This document shows positions 30,983 through 40,871 of a DNA stretch of 64,000 nucleotides, piece after piece (within the stretch, counting starts at the first letter, position 1; the number at the start of each line of letters is the position of its first letter). The DNA comes from Aulosira sp. ZfuVER01 (GTDB lineage: Bacteria; Cyanobacteriota; Cyanobacteriia; Cyanobacteriales; Nostocaceae). The stretch spans positions 1-64,000 of the forward strand of contig JAVRCV020000063.1 in NCBI GenBank assembly GCA_034530615.2. Reading direction: 5' to 3'. Both the position numbers and the translations under genes were made by a program. The notes below the pieces were generated by a model. It did not search any database. It was not told the origin of the DNA and worked only from the letters and a program-made list of their open reading frames with translations.

Positions 30983-31455
30983 GCATAGATAATAGTGTTA
31001 ACGGAACCACCAGCACCACAGTCTTAAACTCACCTTTTCTTAAAGCCATAGTCCAACAAATCCGGGGACAAGATACTTATGGAACTTACCGGAAGTGGTC
31101 TGATGACTTAATTCTCAAACCTTATGTTGTCACCAAACAAAAGAAACGCGAAATTTCTCTTGACGGTGAAGTAGATCCGTTGACTAAAGCACGGATTATG
31201 GCATTTTACCGGGCTGTAGCCGCTTGTATTGAACAGGAAACAGGTTTAATTTCCCAGGTTGTGGTTGATTTAAGCCATGAAGGATTTGGCTGGGTACTTG
31301 TCTTCTCTGGTCGTCTTTTGTTAGTTGCCAGAACTTTACGAGATGCTCACCGCTTTGGGTTTGATTCCCTAGAAAAAGTCGCAGAAGAGGGAGCCAAACT
31401 CATAGAAAAAGGCGTTGATTTAGCAAAACGCTTCCCCGAAGTTGGCAAGCTTTAA
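30979..31455 (+). CDS. NifX-associated protein (DUF269)
   Basis: LSHEGFG, LRDAHRFGF; synteny. Confidence 0.93.
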   Translation: MSIDNSVNGTTSTTVLNSPFLKAIVQQIRGQDTYGTYRKWSDDLILKPYVVTKQKKREISLDGEVDPLTKARIMAFYRAVAACIEQETGLISQVVVDLSHEGFGWVLVFSGRLLLVARTLRDAHRFGFDSLEKVAEEGAKLIEKGVDLAKRFPEVGKL

Positions 31456-31557
31456 GAGTCCTGAGTTCTGAGTCCTGAGTAAGAACTGCAAGATTAGGGA
31501 TTAATAATTGCAAAATTCTTAACTAAATACTCGGCACTCTTTAATAAGGAGAGGCTA

Positions 31558-31776
31558 ATGGTGCAAGCAGAAGATAAAAGTATTGAGGAGCTAAAAGGTA
31601 AAATCAGAAGACTCAATAGTAAAGCAGGTCAAATGAAAATGGATCTGCACGACTTAGCCGAAGGGCTACCAACAGACTTTGAAAAACTAATGGATGTTGC
31701 GGCTGATACTTATGAAATCTATCGCCAATTAGATGAACTTAAGAAACAGCTAAAAAAATTGGAGAAGGGTGAATGA
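31558..31776 (+). CDS. CCE_0567 / Rop-like nif-associated protein
   Basis: KAGQMKMDLHDLAEGLP. Confidence 0.9.
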   Translation: MVQAEDKSIEELKGKIRRLNSKAGQMKMDLHDLAEGLPTDFEKLMDVAADTYEIYRQLDELKKQLKKLEKGE

Positions 31777-32090
31777 GCCGGACTATTGATGAGTTCAAGC
31801 AGCTCGTAGATGCAGAGGAATTCTTTATTTTTTTTAACCTGCCCTACGACCAAAAATTTGTGAATGTAAATCGGTTACATATTTTGAAGAAATTCTCCCA
31901 ATATATGAGAGAAATTGATGAGAATTCTCCTGACTTAAACGCAGAAGAAAAACTCAATCAATATGCCATTGCTTTGCAAAAAGCCTATGAAGTATTTCTT
32001 GAATCAACACCTCAAGAACAAAAGCTATTCAAGGTGTTTAACGAGAAGCAAAAAAATGTAGTCAAGCTGACAGAAATCACTTCTGATTAG
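31773..32090 (+). CDS. nifW: Nitrogenase-stabilising protein NifW
   Basis: AEEFFIFFNLPYD..VNVNRLHILKKF. Confidence 0.96.
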   Translation: MSRTIDEFKQLVDAEEFFIFFNLPYDQKFVNVNRLHILKKFSQYMREIDENSPDLNAEEKLNQYAIALQKAYEVFLESTPQEQKLFKVFNEKQKNVVKLTEITSD

Positions 32091-32100
32091 GAGGTAAAAA

Positions 32101-32901
32101 GTGGTAAACCTGACGCCTACCGAATTAGAACGCTATAGTCGCCAAATGATGCTCCCTAACTTTGGCGAACTAGCTCAGAAGCGCCTGAAGTCAGCGACGG
32201 TTCTGGTTACAGGTGTGGGGGGATTAGGCGGTACGGCGGCGCTTTACCTAGCAGTAGCGGGCGTTGGGCGACTAATCTTAGTACGGGGTGGTGACTTGCG
32301 GCTAGATGATATGAATCGTCAAATCCTCATGACAGACGATTGGGTAGGTCAGCCAAGGGTATTCAAAGCTAAAGAAACTCTGGAAGCGATTAATCCTGAT
32401 GTCCAAGTGGAAGCAGTTCATGATTACATCACCCCGGAAAACGTAGACGCCCTGGTACAGTCCGCTGATATGGCTCTTGACTGCGCCCACAATTTTACCG
32501 AGCGCAATTTGTTGAATGCAGCTTGTGTGCGTTGGCGTAAGCCGATGGTGGAGGCAGCAATGGACGGGATGGAGGCTTACCTGACTACGATTATTCCTGG
32601 TGTAACTCCTTGTTTGTCCTGTCTGTTTCCAGAAAAGCCTGATTGGGATAGGCGTGGCTTTTCAGTTCTCGGCGCTGTTTCTGGGACACTAGCTTGTCTG
32701 ACAGCTTTAGAAGCCATCAAGCTGATCACTGGGTTTAGTCAACCGTTACTGTCACAACTGTTGACAATAGACCTCAGCCGGATGGAATTTGCTAAACGCC
32801 GTTCTCACCGCGATCGCTCTTGTCCAGTATGTGGTAACAGTGCGCCCTGGAGATACGCGCAATCAGATTCAATGGAACCCACTGGTAATTGCACAAAATA
32901 A
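32101..32901 (+). CDS. hesA: HesA (ThiF/MoeB family)
   Basis: ERYSRQ, GVGGLGG, CxxC pairs; position in nif cluster. Confidence 0.95.
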   Translation: MVNLTPTELERYSRQMMLPNFGELAQKRLKSATVLVTGVGGLGGTAALYLAVAGVGRLILVRGGDLRLDDMNRQILMTDDWVGQPRVFKAKETLEAINPDVQVEAVHDYITPENVDALVQSADMALDCAHNFTERNLLNAACVRWRKPMVEAAMDGMEAYLTTIIPGVTPCLSCLFPEKPDWDRRGFSVLGAVSGTLACLTALEAIKLITGFSQPLLSQLLTIDLSRMEFAKRRSHRDRSCPVCGNSAPWRYAQSDSMEPTGNCTK

Positions 32902-32998
32902 TCAGCTTATACCAATTCGTAATTCGTAATTACGAAAGTCAATAGCAAATACCCCACCTGTAAACAGAACACCTTATCGCTACAAATCAGGAGAATTG

Positions 32999-33370
32999 AT
33001 GACTGTAACTTTGACAGAAAAAGCCGAATTTCGTTTGCGGGCGTTCTTAGTCGCCTCTGCCCCCGATCCTAACGGTGCGACTAAAGGCGTCCGCATTTCT
33101 GTAAAAGACGGTGGTTGCAGTGGCTATGAATATGGAATCGATATTACTAGCAAGCCGCAACCAGACGATTTGGTAATTGAGCAAGGCAAGGTGTTACTTT
33201 ACGTTGATGCTAAAAGCGTACCTTTATTGAAAGGAGTTGTGATCGATTTTGTTGATGGGGTAATGGAAAGCGGCTTTAAGTTTACCAACCCTAATGCAAC
33301 TGATAATTGCGGTTGTGGCAAGTCTTTCAAAGCAGGTGATTGCACACCTGATGGTGTACCTTGCAGCTAA
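32999..33370 (+). CDS. hesB: HesB / IscA-type Fe-S assembly protein
   Basis: GGCSGYEY, CGCGKSF. Confidence 0.95.
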   Translation: MTVTLTEKAEFRLRAFLVASAPDPNGATKGVRISVKDGGCSGYEYGIDITSKPQPDDLVIEQGKVLLYVDAKSVPLLKGVVIDFVDGVMESGFKFTNPNATDNCGCGKSFKAGDCTPDGVPCS

Positions 33371-33558
33371 ACTAAAACACATCTAAATTGCATCATCACT
33401 TCATCTGTTCGTCTTTTGTCATTAGTTATTTGTGTTGACAAAATACAGAGGACAAATGACAAGTCGCGCTTCAGGTAGCTTGAAAACGAGTAGCACAGAG
33501 CGACTGACAAATTCTGGGAATTCAATCTAATTGTATAAAGTTTGAGGAGAATCGGAAA

Positions 33559-33858
33559 ATGGCTACCTACCAAGTTAGATTAATCAACAAAAAGGAAGAC
33601 CTCGACACCACAATTGAAGTGGATGAAGAGACTACCATCCTAGAAGCAGCAGGAGAAAATGGTATTGATTTGCCTTTCTCTTGCCACTCAGGGTCTTGCT
33701 CTAGTTGTGTTGGTAAAGTTGTTGAAGGTGAAGTAGATCAATCCGATCAAATCTTCTTGGATGATGAGCAAATGTCTAAGGGCTTTGCTTTACTTTGTGT
33801 TACTTACCCCCGTTCTAATTGCACAATTAAGACTCATCAAGAACCATATCTTGTCTAG
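33559..33858 (+). CDS. fdxH: Heterocyst [2Fe-2S] ferredoxin FdxH
   Basis: [25 protein letters not shown]. Confidence 0.96.
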   Translation: MATYQVRLINKKEDLDTTIEVDEETTILEAAGENGIDLPFSCHSGSCSSCVGKVVEGEVDQSDQIFLDDEQMSKGFALLCVTYPRSNCTIKTHQEPYLV

Positions 33859-33877
33859 AGTGCAGTTATAGCTTGAA

Positions 33878-33911
33878 CTAGGATGAAGGATGAAAAGTAT
33901 CTTCATCCTAG
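33878..33911 (+). terminator. Stem-loop downstream of fdxH
   Basis: CTAGGATGAAG...CTTCATCCTAG, 11-bp stem. Confidence 0.5.
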
Positions 33912-33964
33912 CCTGGTACAAGCTGTTTTAATAGCATATACCTAATTCATGTTGCATATTTCTC

Positions 33965-34219
33965 ATGTTTACTCCTTTTATTGTTAAGGGTTGTTCATTA
34001 GAATTGCTCAGAATTGGAGAAAAAGCAATTGTCACTTTCTGCAATATTCCAAATGAACCAATCTGCAAACAATTGAGAGATGCTGGTATAAATGTAGGAA
34101 CTAAGATAGGTTTAATCCAAAAATTTCCCTATTTGCAAATTCAAGTTAATGATATAACTATGGCAATAGATCTAGATATAGCTCGTACAATTTATGTACG
34201 AGTTATTGATAGTGAATAA
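33965..34219 (+). CDS. feoA: FeoA family protein
   Basis: LRDAGINVGTKI...IARTIYV; position after fdxH. Confidence 0.8.
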   Translation: MFTPFIVKGCSLELLRIGEKAIVTFCNIPNEPICKQLRDAGINVGTKIGLIQKFPYLQIQVNDITMAIDLDIARTIYVRVIDSE

Positions 34220-34222
34220 TCT

Positions 34223-35599
34223 TTAATTCTTTAAAAATACAGAGCAAACTCCCTTAGCTTCTAGCACAGATGCAATTTTTAAAATCAACGCTTCATTGTA
34301 AGGTGCTGCTATTAATTGCACGCCTAAAGGTAAAGCATTTGGACGCTGAATTGGCACTGATAATACAGGTAAACCAATAAAAGATAATGGTTGAGTAAAT
34401 AATCCTAGATGCGGACGAACTATAATTTCTTCACCATCTACGATCATAGTTTGTTGCCCAATTAATGGGGCAGCAATTGGTGTGGTAGGTGCAAGAATTA
34501 TATCGACATTTTGAAAGATTTCGCGGACGCGATCGCGGTACCATCTTCTAAACCTTTGCGCTTGCAAATACCACTGACTGGGAATTAACGCCCCAGCCAA
34601 AAAGCGATCGCGTGTTGCATAATCAAAATCTTGAGGACGCGATCGCAATTTTTCTAAATGCAGATTTGCCCCTTCACTAGCTGTAATCACAAATGCAGCA
34701 GCCCTAGCGCGGTGTGCTTCTGGTATCGTCACGTACTCATTCACATCCAAAGCACGGGCAACCTGTTCCACAGCTGCCAATGCTTCTGGTTCCGCACCCT
34801 TCATGAAATAATCACCAGCAATAGCAATTCTGATACCAGAGATATCTCGATTGAGTTGTGGTAAACATAATTCAGGAGGACGTTTTGTACAAACCGGATC
34901 GCGATCGTCTTCTCCTTGCAGAATATCAAACACCGTCGCAATATCCCTTACAGAACCCGCAAAAGGGCCAACATGGTCAAAACTGCTAGAAAATAAAGCT
35001 ACCCCAGCACGTGACAACCGCCCATAAGTGGGTTTTAAACCAAAAATCCCGCAAAAAGCCGCCGGAACGCGAATTGAACCATTTGTATCAGAACCCAGCG
35101 TTAACGGAACTAACCCAGCCGCCACCGCCGCCGCCGAACCCCCAGATGAACCACCAGCTACACGCTGTAAATCATGGGGATTGTGAGTAGCGCCGTAATG
35201 GGCATTTTCCGTCACAAACCCATAGGCGTACTCATCCATATTTAACGCCCCCACCAAAACCGCACCAGCCTGTTTCAACTTCGCCACTGCTGTTGCATCT
35301 TGGGTAGCTGGGGGATTTTCCGCATTAATTTTCGCACCGGCTAGAGTAGTTAAACCAGCGATATCGTAGAGGTTTTTCGCTGCAAAAGGCACACCAGCCA
35401 ACGCACCAGGGTTATTACCTTGAGCAATTTCTTTGTCAATCCTAGCTGCATCTGCTAAAGCCGTTTCTGCAATTATCGCCGTAAAACAATTGAGTTCAGC
35501 ATCTCGTGCAGCAATTTTAGCTAACGCAGCCTGAGTCAGTTCCAGCGCGCTAACTTTGCCTTCACGCACAGCCGCAGCTATTGAGACAGCATCATTCAT
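34223..35599 (-). CDS. AtzE family amidase (amidase signature)
   Basis: GGSSGGSAAAVAAG, GSDTNGSIRVPA. Confidence 0.93.
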   Translation of the reverse strand: MNDAVSIAAAVREGKVSALELTQAALAKIAARDAELNCFTAIIAETALADAARIDKEIAQGNNPGALAGVPFAAKNLYDIAGLTTLAGAKINAENPPATQDATAVAKLKQAGAVLVGALNMDEYAYGFVTENAHYGATHNPHDLQRVAGGSSGGSAAAVAAGLVPLTLGSDTNGSIRVPAAFCGIFGLKPTYGRLSRAGVALFSSSFDHVGPFAGSVRDIATVFDILQGEDDRDPVCTKRPPELCLPQLNRDISGIRIAIAGDYFMKGAEPEALAAVEQVARALDVNEYVTIPEAHRARAAAFVITASEGANLHLEKLRSRPQDFDYATRDRFLAGALIPSQWYLQAQRFRRWYRDRVREIFQNVDIILAPTTPIAAPLIGQQTMIVDGEEIIVRPHLGLFTQPLSFIGLPVLSVPIQRPNALPLGVQLIAAPYNEALILKIASVLEAKGVCSVFLKN

Positions 35600-35784
35600 G
35601 GTTCAAAAATGGGTGCAACTTCAACTTCTTCTGGTATGGGGAATTCGTTTACCAAAAGAGCAATCGCTTTAATTCTCTCAAAATTTGCCACCACCCCATC
35701 ACGATACTCATCCCTCAGTTGCAAATCTACCAATAACGCCATCTGATCTACATACTCACCCACATCAAACCCCTGACTCTCCAT
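35596..35784 (-). CDS. DUF4089 family protein (small amidase partner)
   Basis: EYVDQMALL...GVVANFERI...APIFEP; start moved past the 9-nt repeats. Confidence 0.8.
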   Translation of the reverse strand: MESQGFDVGEYVDQMALLVDLQLRDEYRDGVVANFERIKAIALLVNEFPIPEEVEVAPIFEP

Positions 35785-35822
35785 CTCTCTTCCTTCGCGC
35801 CCTTCGCGTCCTTCGCGGTTCG

Positions 35823-36173
35823 TCAATCTAAATCTACAACTTCTTGCGGCAACTCAAACAAACCATTTTCCCCAGATTCAAAATCAATTACCTGAAACAC
35901 AGCATCAATATTTAACTCTCCATAAATATGGGGAAATAACTCATCTATTTCCGCCTCCTCATAACGAATTTTAGCCTTAACTTTATCAGCATCAATAAAT
36001 AGTAATACTAATCCCTTTTGATTACGGAAAAATTTATTTGCAACCTTGACTATTTGGTTAGCTTCCGAACAATGAATAAAGCCCTCAGTATCTAGTGAAT
36101 CAGCATGATAGCTACCGTTGATTTTGGCTTGATCCCATTGTTTTGTTTGCGTAATATGAAGAATATTTTTCAT
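35823..36173 (-). CDS. DUF952 domain protein
   Basis: SLDTEGFIHCS, FPHIYGELN. Confidence 0.9.
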   Translation of the reverse strand: MKNILHITQTKQWDQAKINGSYHADSLDTEGFIHCSEANQIVKVANKFFRNQKGLVLLFIDADKVKAKIRYEEAEIDELFPHIYGELNIDAVFQVIDFESGENGLFELPQEVVDLD

Positions 36174-36175
36174 AT

Positions 36176-36589
36176 TTATTGAATCCTTTTGCGGATATCT
36201 TCTAGAGGTAATTCAGGTTCATTTTGTTCATCTGGATAAAATTCAATAACTAAATTATTTCGTTTGTCACTATTAGGATATATAGATATCTAAATTTCTA
36301 ATTTGCCTTTTTGCCATCCTCTACCATCAATTTTAAGAACCCGACAATCTTTTACAGCATGTAGTTTAACTTCACTGAAGGGTATGGACTCGTCACCAGT
36401 AGAAATGTTAGCAAATAAACTACCAACTGAATCATTAGTCGGCTGAGTTTTATATGTGTGAATTTCCTGACGCCATTTCTTGATAAATTGTTGTATGACT
36501 AATTCCCTTAATCTACTTACTGTATAAGTATTTTTTTCTAACCAAACTACATCATCTCCACATTCTAAAGGAATACATTTATTTTCCAT
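36176..36589 (-). pseudogene. KGK domain protein with in-frame TAG
   Basis: GWQKGKLEI*ISIYPN...EFYPDEQNEPELPLEDIRKRIQ*; the frame continues past the stop at 36290-36292. Confidence 0.8.
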
Positions 36590-36623
36590 GTCACTATTAA
36601 TACAAAACTTAAAAATTTTAGTC

Positions 36624-36709
36624 TGTAGGGTGTGTTATGCCGTAGGCTAACGCACCTTGAATTTTGATAGTGCAATGGTGCGTTGCGCTACGCGACAACA
36701 CACCCTACA
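36624..36709. repeat. REP-like inverted repeat pair (GTAGGG-type)
   Basis: TGTAGGGTGTGTT...AACGCACC / GGTGCGTT...AACACACCCTACA. Confidence 0.75.
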
Positions 36710-36843
36710 TTTAACTTCATTAACAGTTGAAATATGAGCACCAACTTACTTATTTTAATCTTCATTTTTTTTACATCAATTCAGTAAAATCACTGGATTA
36801 AAATATCTAAACAATATTTGCGCTTATGCGCGAAATCATCATT

Positions 36844-38361
36844 CTATAAATTAGGTGGAACACAAATATCCGGCGCACACAAACCCTGAAACTTAAACGT
36901 CGTTACCGCAAACGAATTCAAATCAACACAACGAATCACATGATTATTCGTATCAGCAATATATAAATTTGAATCAAAAATACTCAATCCCGAAGGTTCA
37001 AAAAAGCGGGTATTCTTTCCTACACCATCTTCCAAACCCATCACCCCATCGCCCAAAATTGTTTGACAATTACCCGTACTGGGACTAACTAATTTAATTT
37101 TGTGATTGTAAGTATCTGCTACCCATAAATAATTCTGAGCATATTCTACCCCCAAACAATGCTGTAACCGCACATTTTCACCTTGTCCATCTACATCGCC
37201 AAACCCAAATAAATCACCACTACCGCACACAGTTCTAACTAAACGCGGTTCCACTATTCTCACACCGCGAATTGAACTTACTTCACTATCAGCAATAAAT
37301 AATTCTTCGCCATTACTACTAATACCACTAGGTTGAGCAAAAGCAGATTCACTCAAGGAACCATCAATACAAGCTTCTGCACCCATACCAGCATAAGTTT
37401 TAATTACCCCTGTTTCTAAATCCATTTCCCAAATTTGATGGTTTCCCGCCATTGCAATAAATAGGGTATTTCCTACCTTCACCAAATCCCAAGGAGAATT
37501 TAGCGCTGTGTCTAAACCAGCACCACCATGAGGACGAATATTACGACTTTGTTCGCCAGTTCCCGCAATAGTCTCTACAACCTGACGCTGTAAATCAACT
37601 CGTCGCAAAGCATGATTTTCTGTATCTGCAATGTAGAGAATTTGATTATCTGCATCAAATGCTATTCCTTGAGGTGCAGAGAACTGTGCTTCATTAAAAT
37701 TACCATCAATTAAACCAGATTTTCCTGTGCCAATTATATGCAGAATTTCCCCTGCAAAAGTACTCATCACCAAGCGATGATGTCCAGAATCAGCGATAAA
37801 TAAGCCTGCTGATGTCGCTAAAACTTTACCAGGAAAAGCCAGGGGTGTAATTAATGGTTGGCGTTGTTTTTCTAAATTCAGGCTGAGTGCTTGAAAATTA
37901 ATTATGCCTTTTTCTCGATGTTCTTGAAGTAGTTTTTCAATTAATTCGTCTAAAGCTTCACGATGTCCTTCACCAGAAACATAGCCAATTACATAACTTT
38001 CGGGATCGATAATCATTAAAGTAGGCCAAGCACGTACAGCATACTCTTGCCAAACTCTAAACCCACTATCTACTACAACTGGATGTTCGATATCATAGCG
38101 CAAGATTGCTTGCCGAATATTTTCAGTTTCTTTTTCATTATCAAATTTAGCAGAATGGACACCGATAACTGTCAGGCTATCTTGATATTTTTGTTCTAAA
38201 TATTTTAAGTCTGGTAGGATGTGTAAACAGTTAATACAACAGTATGTCCAAAAATCTAATATTATTACTCTACCCTTGAGTTGTTTAATAGATAATGGTT
38301 TATCTGTATTAAACCAAGGAGAATTTTGCGGTAGTTCTGGCGCTCTGACACGGGGCATCAT
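36844..38361 (-). CDS. Thioredoxin-like plus NHL-repeat protein (SOQ1/NHLRC2-like)
   Basis: DFWTYCCINCLH, repeated IADxxNH NHL blades. Confidence 0.93.
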   Translation of the reverse strand: MMPRVRAPELPQNSPWFNTDKPLSIKQLKGRVIILDFWTYCCINCLHILPDLKYLEQKYQDSLTVIGVHSAKFDNEKETENIRQAILRYDIEHPVVVDSGFRVWQEYAVRAWPTLMIIDPESYVIGYVSGEGHREALDELIEKLLQEHREKGIINFQALSLNLEKQRQPLITPLAFPGKVLATSAGLFIADSGHHRLVMSTFAGEILHIIGTGKSGLIDGNFNEAQFSAPQGIAFDADNQILYIADTENHALRRVDLQRQVVETIAGTGEQSRNIRPHGGAGLDTALNSPWDLVKVGNTLFIAMAGNHQIWEMDLETGVIKTYAGMGAEACIDGSLSESAFAQPSGISSNGEELFIADSEVSSIRGVRIVEPRLVRTVCGSGDLFGFGDVDGQGENVRLQHCLGVEYAQNYLWVADTYNHKIKLVSPSTGNCQTILGDGVMGLEDGVGKNTRFFEPSGLSIFDSNLYIADTNNHVIRCVDLNSFAVTTFKFQGLCAPDICVPPNL

Positions 38362-38369
38362 AAATTATT

Positions 38370-39251
38370 TTAAGAGATATCTTTTAATTTACTCCATAAT
38401 TCAAGCGCAGGAATTTGGCAAATTCCTGCAAATTGGGCATCTGCTGTTTCTATCACAATCCACTCACCAGTTTCTAATTGCCCAATATCAATTGCCACAT
38501 AGGGAACTCCAAGGCGTTTAGATGCTAGCAATGCCAAGTTTAAAACTTGCTTTTCTTCTTGTTGAGATAACTTGCTCAAATCATCTTTACTATCCCAATA
38601 ATATCCATACTTGAGAATATGATGATTATAAATAAAGCATCTAAATTCTCTTCCCATAGGAAAGCCGTTAGGAGCTAAACGTTGATGTCGCAGCTTCACT
38701 AACTTTCTGACAATCACTCTACCTCGTGAACCATATTTGAGTTTTAATAACCATTCTGTTAACTTGACTAATTCTTCTTGATTATTGGCTACGCAAGATT
38801 CCCATCCTTGTTGCTTTCTTGATTGAACTGCGCCTTTAATAAATACAGGAAATCCCAATAATTCACCTGCTTTGATACATTCCTGCGTCGATGTAATAAC
38901 TACACTATCAGGCGTTAATCCTTGTAAATGTGGGTAAAACAAGTCAAATTCTAGTGCTGTCTGATGCTCTAACGGAGTGTTGAGTAATTTTATCTTTTTA
39001 GCTAAAGCAGCTTGATATATAGCTTCGTACCTTTCTAACTCAGGAATATATCCTACCCAAATTCCAGCAGTTTCTTTGGGATAGTTAGGAACATGCCATA
39101 GAGCATTTTCTACTGTGCCGCAGCGTTGAAAATCTCTTGGTATATGGTAAACTTTAAAACCTAATATTTGAGCAGTCTCAGTCATTAATTTATTTTCATT
39201 AGCGCTGGCTGATGCTGCTATTTGCTCGGTAGATTCGCTTAAAACAATCAT
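38370..39251 (-). CDS. ATP-grasp domain protein (R2K-like)
   Basis: FPVFIKG, REFRCF, AIDIGQLETGEWIVIE. Confidence 0.8.
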   Translation of the reverse strand: MIVLSESTEQIAASASANENKLMTETAQILGFKVYHIPRDFQRCGTVENALWHVPNYPKETAGIWVGYIPELERYEAIYQAALAKKIKLLNTPLEHQTALEFDLFYPHLQGLTPDSVVITSTQECIKAGELLGFPVFIKGAVQSRKQQGWESCVANNQEELVKLTEWLLKLKYGSRGRVIVRKLVKLRHQRLAPNGFPMGREFRCFIYNHHILKYGYYWDSKDDLSKLSQQEEKQVLNLALLASKRLGVPYVAIDIGQLETGEWIVIETADAQFAGICQIPALELWSKLKDIS

Positions 39252-39310
39252 TGATTTACAGCGCTTTTCATTGACATTAAGTACACACTTTGAACACTAA
39301 ATTATCGGAA

Positions 39311-39335
39311 GGGCACAGCACTGCTGTGCCCCTAC
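39311..39335. repeat. REP-like hairpin downstream of rtcB
   Basis: GGGCACAGCACTGCTGTGCCCCTAC. Confidence 0.6.
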
Positions 39336-39340
39336 GTGAT

Positions 39341-40060
39341 TTATCCTTTTACACACAAGACTTGCTTGAGTGTTGCTACAACTTCAACCAAATCTGCTTG
39401 ATTTGCCATTACTTCATCTATCGGTTTGTAAGCACCGGGAATTTCATCTAATACCCCCTCATCCTTACGGCATTCTACGCCTTTAGTTTGCTCTATTAAA
39501 TCATCGAGAGTGTAGACATTTTTTGCCTTGTTTCTAGACAGTAGCCTGCCTGCACCATGACTGCAAGAGCAAAAACTGTGAGCATTACCTTTACCTTTAA
39601 CAATGAAAGATTTAGCTCCCATGGAACCGGGAATTATGCCATAGTCTTCAGTTCGGGCACGGACTGCTCCCTTACGAGTAACATACACATCTTCGTCAAA
39701 ATGTACTTCTTTTTCGGCATAATTGTGATGACAATTCACTTCTAATAAAGGTTTAGTAGGCTTTCCTCCTGCTAAATGTTTTTCGATAATACGCTTAAAT
39801 CGCGCCATCATCACATCACGGTTGAAACTTGCGTAATCTTGTGCCCATTGTAAATCGTTCCAGTATGCTTCAAATTCTGGTGTACCAGCGACAAAATGAG
39901 CTAAATCTGGATCGGGTAATTTATTACCTGCCATCTTTGCTAATTCTTTAGCTGTATTAATATGGCATTGCGCTAAATTATTGCCGATGTTGCGCGAACC
40001 GGAATGCAGCATCAACCAAACTTGGTTCTCTGTATCGAGGCAAACCTCAATAAAATGGTT
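39341..40060 (-). CDS. rtcB: RtcB RNA ligase, exon 2
   Basis: NHFIEV, HSGSRN, HHNYA, RKGA, PGSMG, SCSHGAGR, DEIPGAYK. Confidence 0.95.
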   Translation of the reverse strand, partial: NHFIEVCLDTENQVWLMLHSGSRNIGNNLAQCHINTAKELAKMAGNKLPDPDLAHFVAGTPEFEAYWNDLQWAQDYASFNRDVMMARFKRIIEKHLAGGKPTKPLLEVNCHHNYAEKEVHFDEDVYVTRKGAVRARTEDYGIIPGSMGAKSFIVKGKGNAHSFCSCSHGAGRLLSRNKAKNVYTLDDLIEQTKGVECRKDEGVLDEIPGAYKPIDEVMANQADLVEVVATLKQVLCVKG

Positions 40061-40871
40061 CAATTTGTTACTGATTGCTTGCTTTGCTTATTTAGTCTCC
40101 ACAGTCTTAATTCAATACTGTTTCGACTTCTGCCTAGCACTTTCATCAATAAATTTTATAGATAAAAGTTGCAATCGATCAAGTCATTTCTGCTTGATTC
40201 TATACCTTCCTATTTGGTATAGTTCGGAGCACACCTTCATCCTAAATAAATTAGGATGCTCAAGTCCCTCTGCTCTCTACGGGGCGTTTTACCGCTTCCC
40301 TCGGTATTAGCGAGTAAATCTTTTAAGATACTGCTGCAAAAACTGTCTGAACTCATCATCTGTTCTTTTACCTTTTAATTGGTTACAGTTTTGACAAGTT
40401 ACAGATATGTTGGTTATGTGGTGTAGTTCGTTTCTACTTAAAAGTGTTTTGTGGTCAATACGACTTGTTCTTTATTTAATTGGATTTGGCAATAAAAGCA
40501 ACACGGATTTCTTTCATATAATTCTTTTAAATCCTTTGCTTTTAACGGTTCTGATAATTTGATTATTTGTCCTGCCAAACCTTTTCGTCTTGAACCACTA
40601 CTATTTAATGATTTTGATCTTATATTCCAATATTGAGGTTGGTTTTTTTTCGCTCCATTTCTGAATTGCTCGGTCAGTTTGAACTTTTTTGCTACACCAC
40701 ATTTAGAGCATATCTTTGTACCGATTTTATATACTTCTTATTTTACAGTTTCTTTGTTATTAGATTACCGAAAATTAAGACCGAAGTATATAACAGATTT
40801 ACTATTTCTCAGCCTTCACCGATTTGGACGAGTTTTGATTACTGCATTACTACAGTAAGGGGCAATCTTTT
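40061..40871 (-). ncRNA. Group I self-splicing intron in rtcB (811 nt)
   Basis: 5' exon ends in U pairing with G in P1 (AGGGGGU/GCCCCUU); P2 hairpin with GUAA loop; P3 CUCGUCC/GGAC(UU)GAG; P4 UCGGUG/UACCGA; P7 GAGCA/UGCUC within R (GUAGAGAGCAGA) and S (AAGGUGUGCUCC); P8 and P9 stems; terminal G; removal restores GSLGGG-NHFIEV in frame. Confidence 0.93.
40307..40737 (-). pseudogene. Intron-encoded HNH homing endonuclease, frameshifted
   Basis: CSKC...CCFYC...[frameshift near 40458]DHKTLLSRNELHHITNISVTCQNCNQLKG; no intact start. Confidence 0.85.

Noticed and set aside
35785..35826. MTNREGREGREGRE extension of the DUF4089 protein
   Set aside because: Encoded by 9-nt intergenic tandem repeats; ATG 35784 preferred
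40061..40871. Intein in RtcB
   Set aside because: The insert has stops in the host frame, is 811 nt (not a multiple of 3) and lacks Cys/Ser...His-Asn ends, whereas group I RNA features are complete
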